From assembly GCF_009914755.1 (NCBI RefSeq), contig NC_060930.1: a stretch of DNA of 64,000 nt, one strand, 5' to 3'. The notes under the pieces were generated by a model. It worked only from the letters and a program-made list of their open reading frames with translations, was not told where the DNA came from and did not search any database. The position numbers and the translations under genes were made by a program. Within the stretch, counting starts at the first letter, position 1. Every line of letters begins with the position of its first letter. Positions 1 through 15,630 of this stretch are shown here, piece by piece. The DNA is from the human T2T-CHM13v2.0 reference genome, Homo sapiens.

Positions 1-639
1 CAGAGCTCCCAGGAGCCGAGCAGGCAGCTTGCTGCCTTCTATAATCAGCATCTTTTACACATCTCATCAGTGTCACTGTTCCTGACGTCTCATTATGCAC
101 CAGAGGTGGAAGTGGACAGGTACCGAACACTTGAACTTTTACTTTTCTTATTATTTCCATGGAGCACCATGAAGCTGGGAGTTAATTAAGTCCCGTGGGA
201 CAGGCAATCAGTGTCTTTTTTGCTAAGTTAAATTACATTATACACAGATGCAAAAAAGAGGAGAAAAAATAATCCCTCAGCTGTTTCCTAGTTAATAGAG
301 TAAGTTAGAAATATGATGATGCCAAACTGGAAGCTGAAGTTGATAGCTCCTTAGCATACGAGGTGTCTAATGAAGTCATATGACAAATCCACCAGGGATC
401 TCCTTCCTTAAAGGATCTCAAAGCACTTTTACAAACACTTTTAAAGAACTTCCTGCCTCAACTCTGACAAAGTTAATTGGGGGATGATAGTCAATTCGAT
501 AGTTTAGGGAGGAAATTGTACTCAGCCAGACTGGAGAAGAAAACTTCCTTGGATGTATAAGATGTTAGACTGAAAAGAAACCTTCAGAGGTAAGACAGAA
601 TCAGACAGTGTCAAAGTGGAAAGGGAGCTAAAAATGACC

Positions 640-1169
<530 letters not shown>

Positions 1170-1277
1170 AGAACACTTTTTTTTCTAATGAGACATGTTT
1201 CTTTACTAATTGCTTACAGAATTCACATTGGAACATGTTGATTTTGTCCAGTTACAGATGGGGAAACTAAGAGGTTC

Positions 1278-1616
1278 TTTGGTTTTGTTTTTTTGGGTTT
1301 GTTGTTGTTGTTGTTTGTTTTTTTCCTTGAGACAGAGTATTACTCTGCTGCCCAGGCTGGAATGCAGTGCAGTGGCATAATCATGACTCACTGCAGTCTC
1401 CATCTCCTAGGCTGAGGCGATCCTCCCACCTCAGACTCCCGAGTAGCTAGGACCACAGGCACACGCCACTATGCCCAGCTACTTTTTTGCATTATTTGTA
1501 GAGATGAGGTCTCCCTATGTTGCCCAGGCTGGTCTCAGACTCCTGGGCACAAGTGATCCAACTGCCTCAGCCTCCCAAAGTACTGGAATTACAGGAGTGA
1601 GCCATCTCGCCCAGCC
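1278..1616 (-). mobile_element. AluJ with (TTG)n tail
   Basis: Alu dimer, diverged J-type positions. Confidence 0.88.
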
Positions 1617-2704
1617 ATGAGGTTTTCCCCAGACGTGCCTCCAAGCACACAGGTAGGTAACACCCAAGCCTTGAATTAGGACTTAGATCAGCCAATCTCA
1701 GACCACTATATCATACCACCTCCCTCTGTAACTTACCAGGAATCTAAAACACCCTACAAGAATCAGGTATGCTCTCTGGTCACCCTGCGTTTCTTTGTAT
1801 TACTTTCAGAATACTCATCCTTCATCCTTTTTCACCTGCAGTCTTAAGACACCTCATTTCCTTATGTTCTCACCCCTCGTGGAAGCACTGCCTGTCATGT
1901 AATGGCATCTGAGCTCCAAGAGAACAGCAGCTACATGTTTTAGAACTCACCTTACCTGCCATCAGGCCACAGCTCAGCAAGACTAGAGTTCTGACTCTGA
2001 TATGGGATCTAAGGAGCATTTTATGAGACACAGTGGTGGCAACAAAATTTATAAAGCCTCTAACAGCTTTATTTTCCTCCTGAATTAAATCTACACTCCT
2101 TAGTTTGGCACTCAAGATTGTACATGATGTTTTCCAACCTTTGTTTCTAGTAACTGCCTTCCTGGTTACTTTCTTTCAAACTTTACACTCCAGCCAAATA
2201 AAATCACTTAAACGTAAACCATGTTTTCCCATCTCTGGGACTCTGTAAGACTAGTCTCTTAGCTAGTAGACCTTTGTTCCTTATCTTCCCTTATCCACAT
2301 CCTGGTAATCCTTTTAGGCCCTAATAAAATGCCACACTCTCTAGGGAGTTTCCAGGTAATTTTTCCACCCAGAAGATTTCTTTGCCTTCACTGATTTTCC
2401 ATAACAAAATACACATATCTTTATTATCACATGATTATATTTTGCTTATAGCACAGTTAGTGAGTTTTTATATCTCCCCTATTAAATAGTACATTCTACG
2501 AGGTAGGAGTTGTATTTTATTTCTCTGTAGACTTAAAGCAACCTCCCAAAGTCCAAAGGGATGGACTAGTTCTAACATTCTAGATATTGAATGCATAATT
2601 TTATCTAGGCCCTTCATAACTTCATAGTTTTTGGTTGTCTCTCAAAACAATCATCTGAAAATCCCTGGGAGGGACTCAGACAATGCCTGGGACCCTCTGA
2701 GTGA

Positions 2705-3041
<337 letters not shown>

Positions 3042-3649
3042 TTGGGAAGTTTAATTAATGTTTGTATAGTATTTGGGGAGATGAATTATGAGAAACCGAC
3101 ACTGTAACAGACTATTTCTTTCCCTAGATTGCTCTTTTCTTTATTATTAGAGGAAGGTTCTCTTGCATAGAACTGAGTGATCAGCCATCCCCGTTGGGAG
3201 CTGGTACATCATAAAAATAGCTGCTGTCATTTTGAAACAGGAAGACGCACATCACAAAAGAAACACCTAACTGACTTTAAAGTCCTGCGGGCCACTGAAG
3301 ATATGTGTGTTTTATGTAGTCATTATGCTTTCTCATTTGGTTGTTTGTTTGTTAAAAGCAGACATTCCTACTGAATTCTAAGGGAGACTTACCAAACTGT
3401 TTCCTTTTCATTTACCTGACTTATACAGAAAAGGTGACTTGTTTTCACCCCCTCAAAATCTCATGCAACAGCAAGGCCTTAAGTTAGCAAAAGGAGAAGT
3501 GAGGAGCATCAGAGGAAGTGGCCTTAGTGTAGCTATAAAGAGAAAAGCAAGGTCATTGAGGTCAAGTGTTTGCTGACGGCAATGTCCATTCTCCAGCTTT
3601 CCACTTATCAACAGCTTCAAGACTTACCTTCCAGGCATCACTGCTACCA

Positions 3650-4170
3650 TATTTTTACCCAGGTATTTGGGATGGGATTAGCTCTATTCTATAAGTGCAC
3701 AGTGATCACTCATTGGCCAAAACCAATCAACAAAGCCCATTACCCTGAGCAGAGGGAATTTTGCCCAATTAACTCAAGTTGGATCAATGAGTCATGAAGA
3801 CATATTTGTTGGGGGGTTCTGGGGAAGAAATTTCCTTCTTCTGAACTGTGCTCATGAAAGACCCTTTCATTCCCATGTGATACGAATAGGAAAGCAAGTA
3901 GGCCTAGAAGCTACTGACAACCACATTGTGGCCACAGAGAAAGCAACCTTAGGTTGAATCTGACACTCTGCAAGGCAGGGAAGAGACATGGAAAGAGCCA
4001 TCTCATTAGTGAGCCCTGAGCTGCTGGATCAAGCCATTCCTATGACTCCTTAGTTTTCCTGTGCTGTGAGCCAGTATAACATCTTTATCATCGGTTCTGT
4101 GAGCCAATATAGTCTCTTTATCAAATGATTTGAGTCATTTTTCCCTTGTGATTTAAGTCTTCATAACAAA
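3650..4170 (+). mobile_element. MLT1-type MaLR LTR remnant
   Basis: gctgctggatcaagcc...tgtgagccaata...tttgagtc motifs typical of MLT1 3' half; boundaries approximate. Confidence 0.6.
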
Positions 4171-4767
4171 TTTTTTTAAGTAAAATTTAAAGAGAAAAAA
4201 TGAAAGAGCATAAGTTTGGAAGCTATCTATAAACAGATTATAGAGAGCTATGGAAATGGATGTAAAATATATTCTTTATTTGAGGAAAGTTTCTTGATGC
4301 ACAATATTCCAGTGTGTTTCTTAGAAGGAAATAAATAGAGACTTAGCACAGGCAGAAATGCCAAGAATAGTCATGTCTCCCCAGAAACTTCCACTGTTTG
4401 CAACAACATTACAAAGAAAGTGATTAATTTCTCAGTACTAGAAAATCCCACAGAGGATCTTCAGGGCATCAGGACTGCAGATGAGGGTGGAAACACATCA
4501 CCGATGACATGGGAGGAGAGTGGGAGTCCAGAGGATGAAAAGAGGCTGAATGATATCAAATGTCCAGCCACCTTTCCTCACTAAGTCCCATCAGTCGTTT
4601 CTGCCTAATGGTTCCATCTCATAGCTTAACTTGTCATACTTGCCATCAAGAATGTAAATCCAGTTCTGATTCCCTGTAGACTCACAGAAAAACTAATTAA
4701 AGACACCATGTGGAATAGAGTGGGTCTGCCACAAGGCTGCAGAGCCACTTGTTAAAAATGGTGTCAT

Positions 4768-5110
4768 CAGTTAAGTCTGGCTAGATTGCACGTGGCGATA
4801 AATAATCCCAAGTTTTCAGCGGAGCAATACAACAAAAGCTTATGTCTTGTTCACACAACATCCACTACAGATGTTGGCAAATCTCTTGGACAGAACAACT
4901 GTCCCCCATATGTTGAGGACGTATGTTCAGCCCACACTCTGGGCTATTTAGTCAACACAGAAAAAAAAAAAAGGCTAGAGATTTGAGCTCCAGAAATTCA
5001 GTGCTTCTACCCACATTCTATACAAGTCCTATGGCCCTATCAAACTTCAAAAGGCTGGGAAGGGAAGTGCTTCCTTGACCTCAAAATAAAGAACTGGATA
5101 TTGGAGATCA
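4768..5110 (-). mobile_element. MLT1-type MaLR LTR remnant
   Basis: tcagttaag...aatcccaag...acaacaaaagcttatgtcttgttcacac pattern; boundaries approximate. Confidence 0.5.
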
Positions 5111-8012
5111 CTGTCACAGAGGGAATAACTGCAAAGCTGCTGCAAATTCTCTTAGGTAAAGGAGAAAAGGAGTCTAAAAAATCAACTAAGTATCCATTAA
5201 TTTGAGGAGGTTACTAGCACTTAACTGGAAGTAAGGGAACTCTTCAAAATATTCCAAGTTATTCTGCATCTCCCATCAAAGGGAGAACCTGAGAAGACTA
5301 GTTTAGTAATTATAATATTCTAGAAAGGAGCTAGAGCTTTCTTTGTAAAACCTATAGAATCAAGGCATGCCTTTCCTGTTGTTTATTTGTTTGTTTTATT
5401 GTTTATTTTGTTTGGTTTTTTTCCCTTTTTTTAATGTATATACCCTTCAGGGTAGTTTATTCCCTCATTAAATGGCTACTTTTCTCTTTTATCCTCTAGA
5501 AAAAACACATTTCCTTTCTTCTGGTGTAGCTGAAATGATCCATTGGTGTGTATTTTATGGACAATATCTTCTCAACTGCACACTTTTCTGCTGATTTACA
5601 TTTATGTTGGCTCCATGGAGAGATACAACCAGAAAGGGACTTTGTGGCATTGTTGGGATATCCACAACCCTGCCACTAGTCTACCATCAGCTAACTCCAG
5701 CCAAGGACAGCCAGGGGACTAGAAGAGGTGTTGCCTAACCCTCCTACCAGCAAAGCAATTCAAGAAGACAGTAACTAAAATAAGCTCTTAGAGGAGTTGT
5801 GCCTACACACCCTTATTTGACCTGCCCGAGGAGATTAGCTCAAAGCTGGAATGCACCAGTGGAAAAAGAACAGAAAGTGGAAAAAGCCTATGCCTGAAAC
5901 TACCATTTTATAGAGTTAATGCAAGTTAACATCCACTCATACATACAGTAATACCATTAAGGTCATTTCTATCTCCAAGTAACAGCCTTTATCTAAAACC
6001 AGTTCAATATTCTTCATTCCTCCCAATGCTCCTGCCTCTCCCTTCTGGTTCCCCTTCTTTTCTCCTCTAACTCCCTGAGACACAGGAGTTTTTGTTTTTG
6101 TTTTTTTTCTGAGCTGATTTTCAATTCGATGAAGTCCGTTTCCATAACACTTTTAATATCTGAATAACCCATTCATCTTTACCCAAATTTCTTCACCTTC
6201 CAGGCTCCAGCTGCTCTGCGCTATCTGGTCAAGGTTCCCTACATTTCCTAATAAAGATGTGCATGTTAGGAGCAGTTACTGTGGCTCTTTAAAGTAAGAG
6301 CAGACTTCAGTGCTGTGGGAATAAAAGCAAGGTCTTTGGAGGGGAAGATTTATGGCTGAATCAACAAGAATTAAAAAGAGGACAACCCTGAGGAGAAAAC
6401 CCAAGTTCTCCAAATTGACTGAATTGCCTTTTGTATCTCAAGGCTGAGATGATTATTTGTTTTTGCAAATAGAAATGCTATGTATATTAGACTCAAAACT
6501 GATAACATATTAGAGCTTTCAGCAAAATAAAAAATGTTTAACATGTCTAGTATAGAACCACATATCCAAACACTGATGAAATTCATATTACTCCTTACTC
6601 AACACAAATACACAACACATACCACAACCACCACCACTAACACACCACACCACATATACCACTGAAACCCATTCAACTACTATCTGAGACCCTTCATACC
6701 TGGGAAAGGAACCTACTCATAGTTGGGTGCCTTTAATTCTTCATCAGGCTTCAGGGAGATGGTAGTTTACTACTATGCATTCAAGAAATGGACCTGTGGA
6801 AAAGCAAGCTTTTCTCGCACATGAAGAATTAAATATACTGATAAAATAACATATTGACATATCACAGTTTTCACATTCTGTTACTAAGGACTTCCATAAA
6901 ATCTTTCCATGTCGCTGGTCGAGAAATAGCAACTTGAGATTACAAAACTGAGTTATCCAGTCACCCAATGAGTCAGCAAGTAAACTAATTTGAACACTTC
7001 TGGTTCTTCAATTACCAAGCCTCACCTCCCCTGTAGAATCCAAAGAATCCCCATGTGAGGCCATTGTACCATCTATAGCAATTTCATAGCAAGCAGGCCT
7101 CTCTGCAGGATAGCTAAAGTTTCATATTTGGAAAGGCTCAGAAAAAAAATGTAAGCATTATACTCCTATAGTCAAAAACAAAAATCCCATGACATATGGT
7201 TTCATTGAGAAAATTACACACAGTATTTATTTAGAAAAAAATAATTTCAATTTATGAAGTTGTACTTTAGAAGGAAATAAATAATCATGTCACATTCCAA
7301 TAGGACTACCTTTTGTCTGTCATTCATAGGGACATTTTCACAGGGCTAATAAAGCTCGCGGTTTTCCACTGAGCACAGAAACTGTTATTTTAAGATAAAA
7401 GTTAAGAGTAGTGTAGCTGAGATAATGCAAACTCCTATATGGTGATGTAATAATTACTCAGTGATATTATAATAAATTTAAACACATTGTAAAGAAAAAT
7501 AAGGACTTTTGGGAGCCAAAATATGACAAACACTCATCAAAACCACAGCCTTATTTACTGATAACATATCTTGATATGAGAGGAGCAGGCTAATATCATA
7601 AACTCATTTGATACAAAGAGTCCCTGAGAAACAAAAGAGGCACAATTAACTTGTTCAGATGAGTTTAAGCTGCATTCAGGCTAATTTCCTGAATTCCCTC
7701 TTTTTTTCCAATTAGATATATTTTTATTTATGTGTTTGCAGAGTGTACAGTTTCAAACACACCAGGGGACTGTACCTAAATCATTTTTATAATATCATAT
7801 TTAATGGGAAATTCAAAGTTGAATTATTTTAACATTGAATACAGAAACCCATTCATATGATTCTAAATACTTTTGGCATGAAATATAACTGTGTCATTGC
7901 TGAATAGTTAAAGGTAACAGTTTATTTCATATTATTAGATATAGCAGACCTGCCATTCCATTTCTATAAAATAAAAATGCATTATAATGTTTACATTGAT
8001 TAATAATAATAA

Positions 8013-8465
<453 letters not shown>

Positions 8466-10469
8466 TCCTTCTTTTTTAAAAAAAGAAAAAAACAGCAAGA
8501 AACAGAGGTATGCAAAGTCTTAAGTTCAAATAATTGACAAAGCCTCTTTCACACGGCAAGTTCTGATTATGACAACACCACCATAAACAATTATATAAAT
8601 TGTGACACTTTAACTTGGCATAACAATTTACAGAGTACTCACAGACTGATTATCTTTCATAATTGTGTAGTCTCATTATGTATTTAACCAAAAATGATAA
8701 TCCCTGGCACATTTCCAGGGCTGTCTATGAATGAGACACTGCGTTAAGTGCACTACATGCATTAATTAATTCTTACAACCCTACAAGGTAGGAATTAACA
8801 GACTCAGTGAAGTTAAGAAAATTTGCCCAAAGTTATATAACAAGTAAGTAGAAGGATCAGCCTCAAATCCAGTTTTATTTTAGAGTCCAAGCTCACAACT
8901 ACTATATCATAATGCCATTGTTGAACTTTTAGTTTCTCCTACTATTATACGTTTATAGGTACTGTCTTCCTCCCTCCAAAAGCTGGAAGTCAGCTAGTAC
9001 CAATCAATTGAAAGGTTAAGTGAGTTGTTAAACAGTTGTAGTCAGACAGGGACATTGCTGGAATTAGAAGAGAGGCCCCAGGAGTCCTGTTCACTGTGCA
9101 TCCTATTCTGACTAATTACCCTAAGAAGGCAAAGCCCTTTCAGATGTGAAACTGTCTGCCTTTCCAGCTTCTCCTCCCCCTGAAGTAGGTAATTCTCATA
9201 CATTTGGAGCCTCATTTCAGGGAGAAAATACAGGCACAAGGGACTCAGTAAGTTTCCTCCAGGACAGCCAGGTCAGGGGTCAATGGTTGAGTTTCTATAC
9301 CCCTTTTCCCTAATCTAATAACTAGCTCAACCCTGCTTTCTGCAGCACTTCTCTCTGCAGGCACACAACCCTGAAGATGCACACTAAGTGGGTCTAAAAG
9401 GAAAAAAAGAAAGAAGGGAGAGAAGGAGAAGACAAGGAGGGAAGGGGAGGGAAGACAAAAGGGACAAAATTGTTTTTTGATTTCTGTAATAGGAGAAACA
9501 AAATTAATTAGGGAATAAAAAGTATTTTCAAATTAGCCTCTAAATAGCTATGTATATTATAAAGAAAATATTAAATTTGTCACATAGCTGGATTGCATGA
9601 ATTTCCTAGAAGAATCTCCTTAAACAAAAAGTGGGGATAAAAATAAGCAGTGTGGTTTGCCTTTTAAACAGTAATCCAGTACAGACATATAGGCCTTCAT
9701 CCATCCATTCATCAAAGAGGAATCCAATATGAAGCTCACTCTCAGAGAGTGTAATGTCTATTTGGGAGTTTAAATATTTAAATAAATACATGTAATTTAA
9801 ATGTAAAAGAGATAAATTTCTTAAAACAAGTATAATTAAGAACTATGGAATTTCCCAAGAGAAAAAAAATTCTTCAACTTTAAGAAAAGGAGAATCTTCC
9901 TAAGGGAGATATGCATTGAAGAGTCTAAATGAATTTTAAAATATAAATATTTTGGAAAAAATTATGATGACTTAAACATTAGGGTTGTCTGAGAGCTATT
10001 TTGTAGTCACTAGAAAAACAGACGAGATGAGAAACCTGTGGAGTCTTGGTCTTGTCAAATCAAGTAACACACTTAAAGACCACAGCTTTAATCAAAGTAC
10101 CTTTAACTTAAGAAAATGATCTCTAGTACTAATGATAGTGAGCTGTGAACATGAGGAAGGTGCTACTCAACCACAATATTTATCTGCATCTCCCCTTTCC
10201 CTTCCTACTTGTGATCTATACCAGTTGCCTGCATTTCCTTGATACTCATATACTCCTTAACCCCCCAAAATCTGGTTTTTCTCCCCACCAATATTGTCCT
10301 GTGGCCTCAAATGTCACTAAGGACCTCTTTATTGCGGTATGTTTTGATTAGTCTCAACACACATTCCTTCAAACTCTTCCTTCACCTGGATTCTATGACA
10401 CTACCACAAGAATTTTCAAACATACTGTTATCAGGAGAACCTTTCTTTCATATAAGATCTTGCCTAGAA

Positions 10470-11800
10470 CTTCAACTGATTACCATAGCTTTATAGTAAG
10501 ATTTAAAATCAGACTGTAAGTCCTCCAATTTTGTTCCTTTTCAAGATAGTTTTGGCTATTTTAGATTATTGCATTTCCATAATTTTTTAATCAGACTGGA
10601 AATTTCTACCAAAAAAACCTATTGAGATGTTCTATTGAAATTGCATTGACTTAAATGTTAATTTGGAATAACTGACATATTAACATTATTGAGAACTCCA
10701 ATAATGGTTCTCTTTATGTTTCTTCTGCTTTGGATTCATTAAGCTTCTTAGATCGGTGAATTTGTAGTTTTCACCAAATTTAGAAAATCTTTGCATATTT
10801 ATTTATTTAGATTTATTTTATTTTCTATCCCTTCTACCTCTCTTTTCCTTCTGCTACTCCAATGACACAAATATTAGACTACTTTATATTGACTTAGAGA
10901 TTACTATCTATCCATTTTTTCCCTTTTCTTTCTGTTCTTCAGTTTGGATAGCTTTGATTGTTTTGTCTACAAGTTCACTGATCTTGTCTTCTGCAAGGCC
11001 CAATCTAATATTATCTAGTGAAATTTTCAGTACAGATATTATTTCTTTCAATTCTATAATTTTTATTAATTTTTGAAATAGTTTTCATTTTCCTGCTGGA
11101 ATTTCCTATAACTTCTCTTGTTGCATCTTTGTTTTCCTTTAAAACCTTTAATATGCTTATAACAGTTGTTTTAAAGTCCGTATCTAGTACGTTTCAACAT
11201 CTCTATCATCCATAGGTCTGTTTTAGTTGATTGCATATTTTGCTTTTTTTCTCAGGTTCTTGATTGTATGCTGGACATTGTGGATGCCATGTTCTTGAAG
11301 GTGGAGATTTTTTTATCTTCCTTCCTTTAAAGGGTGTTGAGCTTTGCTCTAGCAGACAATTAATTTACTGAAATAACAGTTTAATTTTGTTAAGCCCTGT
11401 TTTCAGGATCCATTCAGTGGGTCTAGAGTAGCTTTACTCCAGAGCTAGAATATTTTATTCCTAAAGTGTGGCCTTTCTGAGGTCTCAACTCAATGCCCTG
11501 GTGTTGAGTGGGGTTTCTCCACTCTAATCAGTCAGCATTTGAAATCTTCTAGTACTGTGCTGTTCCAAAGTACTCCCAGTACCTTAGAGGCTATGTTCAC
11601 TTCAAGCCTCCCAGTAGCTATAGCCTGCTAGACCTCACAGAAATATACTCACTACATGATTGGTTAACTATTTGGCAAAGGACTCAAGGGACCCCTGCAG
11701 ACTTCTAGAGTTCCTTTTTTGCACAGCTCCCTCCTCTCTGGTATCCTTCCCTGCAAATTCCACCAATATTAGCAGCCCTAAACTCTAATCTCTGATTGGA
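10470..11800 (-). mobile_element. Old L1M fragments
   Basis: T-rich L1-like sequence (ttttcaagatagttttggctattttag..., tctacaagttcactgatcttgtcttctgc); flanked by L2-like pieces. Confidence 0.6.
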
Positions 11801-12429
11801 AACTGAGAGCACAGAGAAATGGAACCCAAAAAGAGTTTTTTGGGTTTCCCTGAACTCAATCTCAGACAGAAAGCCACATTCCTTGACTATTGAGTGTGTT
11901 GCCTCTCCATTCCCTCTGCCATTTCCCTGCCCCAGTTATCTCTCACCTAGCTGAGATGCTTCTACCTCTCGTCGGTTTACCAATCAGTTCATCCATACCT
12001 CACTGCCAGATTAATGTGACTATAGCTCACCTTTGATCAGTCACTGACTCCTTGGGGATTACTTGTCACCTGCTGAATCAAAGGACCAAATGCTTAACTC
12101 TAGATCACAATCCAATCCTAGCCCACCTTTCCAAACCTACAACTCACCATTCCCCTTCACACACACCATGCTCCTTGCTATTCCTGTGGGTTCTAGCCTT
12201 GCTGCCTTGCGCATGCTGGTTCCCCCACCAGAAATGCCTTTCCTCTGCATGCTGAATACCTAAACCCTGTCCTTCATAGCATAGCACAAATGCCACTGGC
12301 GTTAATAGAGCTTAGTTGGCTGCCCCACCTGAAGATGACCTTTCCCAACTCCGAGCCCCTACTCTGTGAGAGGGGAAGAGCATGGCATACACAACACTTC
12401 CCAGAGTGAAGGCAGCAGGACAGATGCCA

Positions 12430-12573
12430 GCCCCAAGAGAAATTCTGGGAATAAAGAGTTCCACAGGCAAAGTTTAGGTAACAGTCCACACCACAGCACT
12501 CCCTAGAAATCCACATTATGTATTCACGTATTGAAGGATCGCAAAAGTCCTTTGGTAGGAAAACCTACGTAAC
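12430..12573. mobile_element. hAT MITE left part (same family as 640-860, opposite orientation); apparent continuation at ~15095-15225
   Basis: 12507-12573 aligns to the reverse complement of ~740-815. Confidence 0.5.
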
Positions 12574-12780
12574 TTTTTTTTTTAATTTGTTTTGGTTTAA
12601 ACTTTTATTGCCAACCTTGAAAAGCAACATATTAACCAGTTATCTTGTGATAAGAGGACAACTTGCCATTTTTCTTAGAATCTAGTAGGCAGTCCTGCGG
12701 CCCTAAAGCATGTGGGAGTGGCTTTTTGCTCACTTGGCTGTACCCCTCAATGGGAGGAAGCAATGGAAAGAAACGTTTAG

Positions 12781-14069
<1,289 letters not shown>

Positions 14070-15414
14070 AGTGTTCCAAGGTTCCCACACAAGGAATTCT
14101 TGAATTTGGAACAGGGACCTGGATTGTAGTCCTGATTAAGCACTTGTTGGTGCTGGTCTTCCCCACGCCCAGATAACCATGCATCATAATACTGGTGGCA
14201 TGTTTTTCCCAGGCCAAGGTAGGGAAATTGTACATCCCAACATGGGTAGGGTAACCATGTATCACATATGTATGACAAGTTGTTCTGTTCCCAAGCCCAG
14301 GTAGGGTAATCACACACCCCAACAAGGGTGACATACTATCCCAGCATAATCATTCATTGTGAACCTTGCACTCTCAAAAGCATCCTGGTTTGGGTGATAA
14401 ATTACATAGTCACTTAGTTATAAGCCCTCCACCTATAGACTTCATTATATCCAGTTCCTAAATCAAACCAAACCACCCTAACAAGAGTAGAATCTAGAAT
14501 TAACAATTTTCCCATTATACAGAATGTTGTTTTTCTGGACTCCAGGCCACTGTGTGCCAGCCATAGTTATTTCCTAACTTCCACCATATTGATCCAGTCG
14601 ATGCGACAGGACGTGTGCCTGAGACTCTTGTTCTATTCTTTAGGGTCCCATTGGAGCTAAACGCAGCCATAAGTTCAGACTGAGTTTGCCATAAATCCCT
14701 GCCATTGTTCCCTCGTGTGCTTCTGGCTACTTGATAGGGCCCTGCTCCCAATAGACTGTTCGAAACTATGACATTATCACTAACACTTGAGTGTAACACA
14801 TCACATCTGAAACCTACAATGATGGTACCCATCTCCTCTTTACCCCCTCAGGACTGGAGTTCCCTACACACTGGCACTAGACACATTCCTAGTTCCTAAA
14901 GATTAAATGGCTTACTTCCCCCACAATGACTATAGCCACATGGGTTATGAGGCCAGATAACTACCGGTGTGACCTTTATCAACCACCCCTCATTATGAAT
15001 CTCAGTTAACTCATCTCTGAAATGAACTGGCTGGTCTGTATGGCATCCAACATTCCACCCAGCTGTGATGAATTGACTCTATGTACCCTTTTTTGAAACT
15101 TAACTACTTCCACATAAGGCCTCACTTCCCAAATATCTCTTAAAAGTGGGGTCTCTTTCCATATATTTTTTAAATCTCCTTCAGAACATGGTAGAGAACC
15201 TTGAACATGGTTGGAACTCAAATGTATGTCACATAAGGATTTTTAAATGAGTGAGGCATTTAAGCCTAAAAAAAATCAAAATTAGACTTTGAGATGATGG
15301 GAAATTAAATAAATCTAAGAAGTGAAATGATCTGGTCAAAGCAGCAAGCACTATAGAAAAATAAATTCATATCATTTTCTAGCACTATGACTAGTGAACT
15401 AGCACTGCCAATAA

Positions 15415-15630
15415 TGGCTAACATTGGACATTTACCATGTGTGAGATGCAGCTCTCAGTGGCGCACACCAACCCTATGAAGTGGGAACTATTATTGACCC
15501 TACTTTACAGATGAGAAAACTGAAGTACAGAGGGTTTAAAGAACCTGCCTAAAGTCCCCCAAGAAGCAAGTGATGTATTCAAACCCGGGCAGTCTAGCTC
15601 CAAAGTCCATGCACTTAAACACTAGGTCAG
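15415..15630 (-). mobile_element. MIR
   Basis: tttacagatgagaaaactgaag...attcaaacccgggcagtct core. Confidence 0.8.

Noticed and set aside
4064-4123. Short tandem duplication ctgtgagcca...tctttatca
   Set aside because: Small slippage duplication inside an MLT1 LTR.
14440-14520. VVWFDLGTG resembling SAM-methyltransferase motif I
   Set aside because: Isolated motif with no further methyltransferase motifs recognisable.
14940-15050. HTD..HF and LIKVTPV resembling the AAV capsid C-terminus
   Set aside because: The invariant PSPLMGGFG/HPPP block is absent and too much coding-like sequence follows. It shows that short motif matches can be coincidental.
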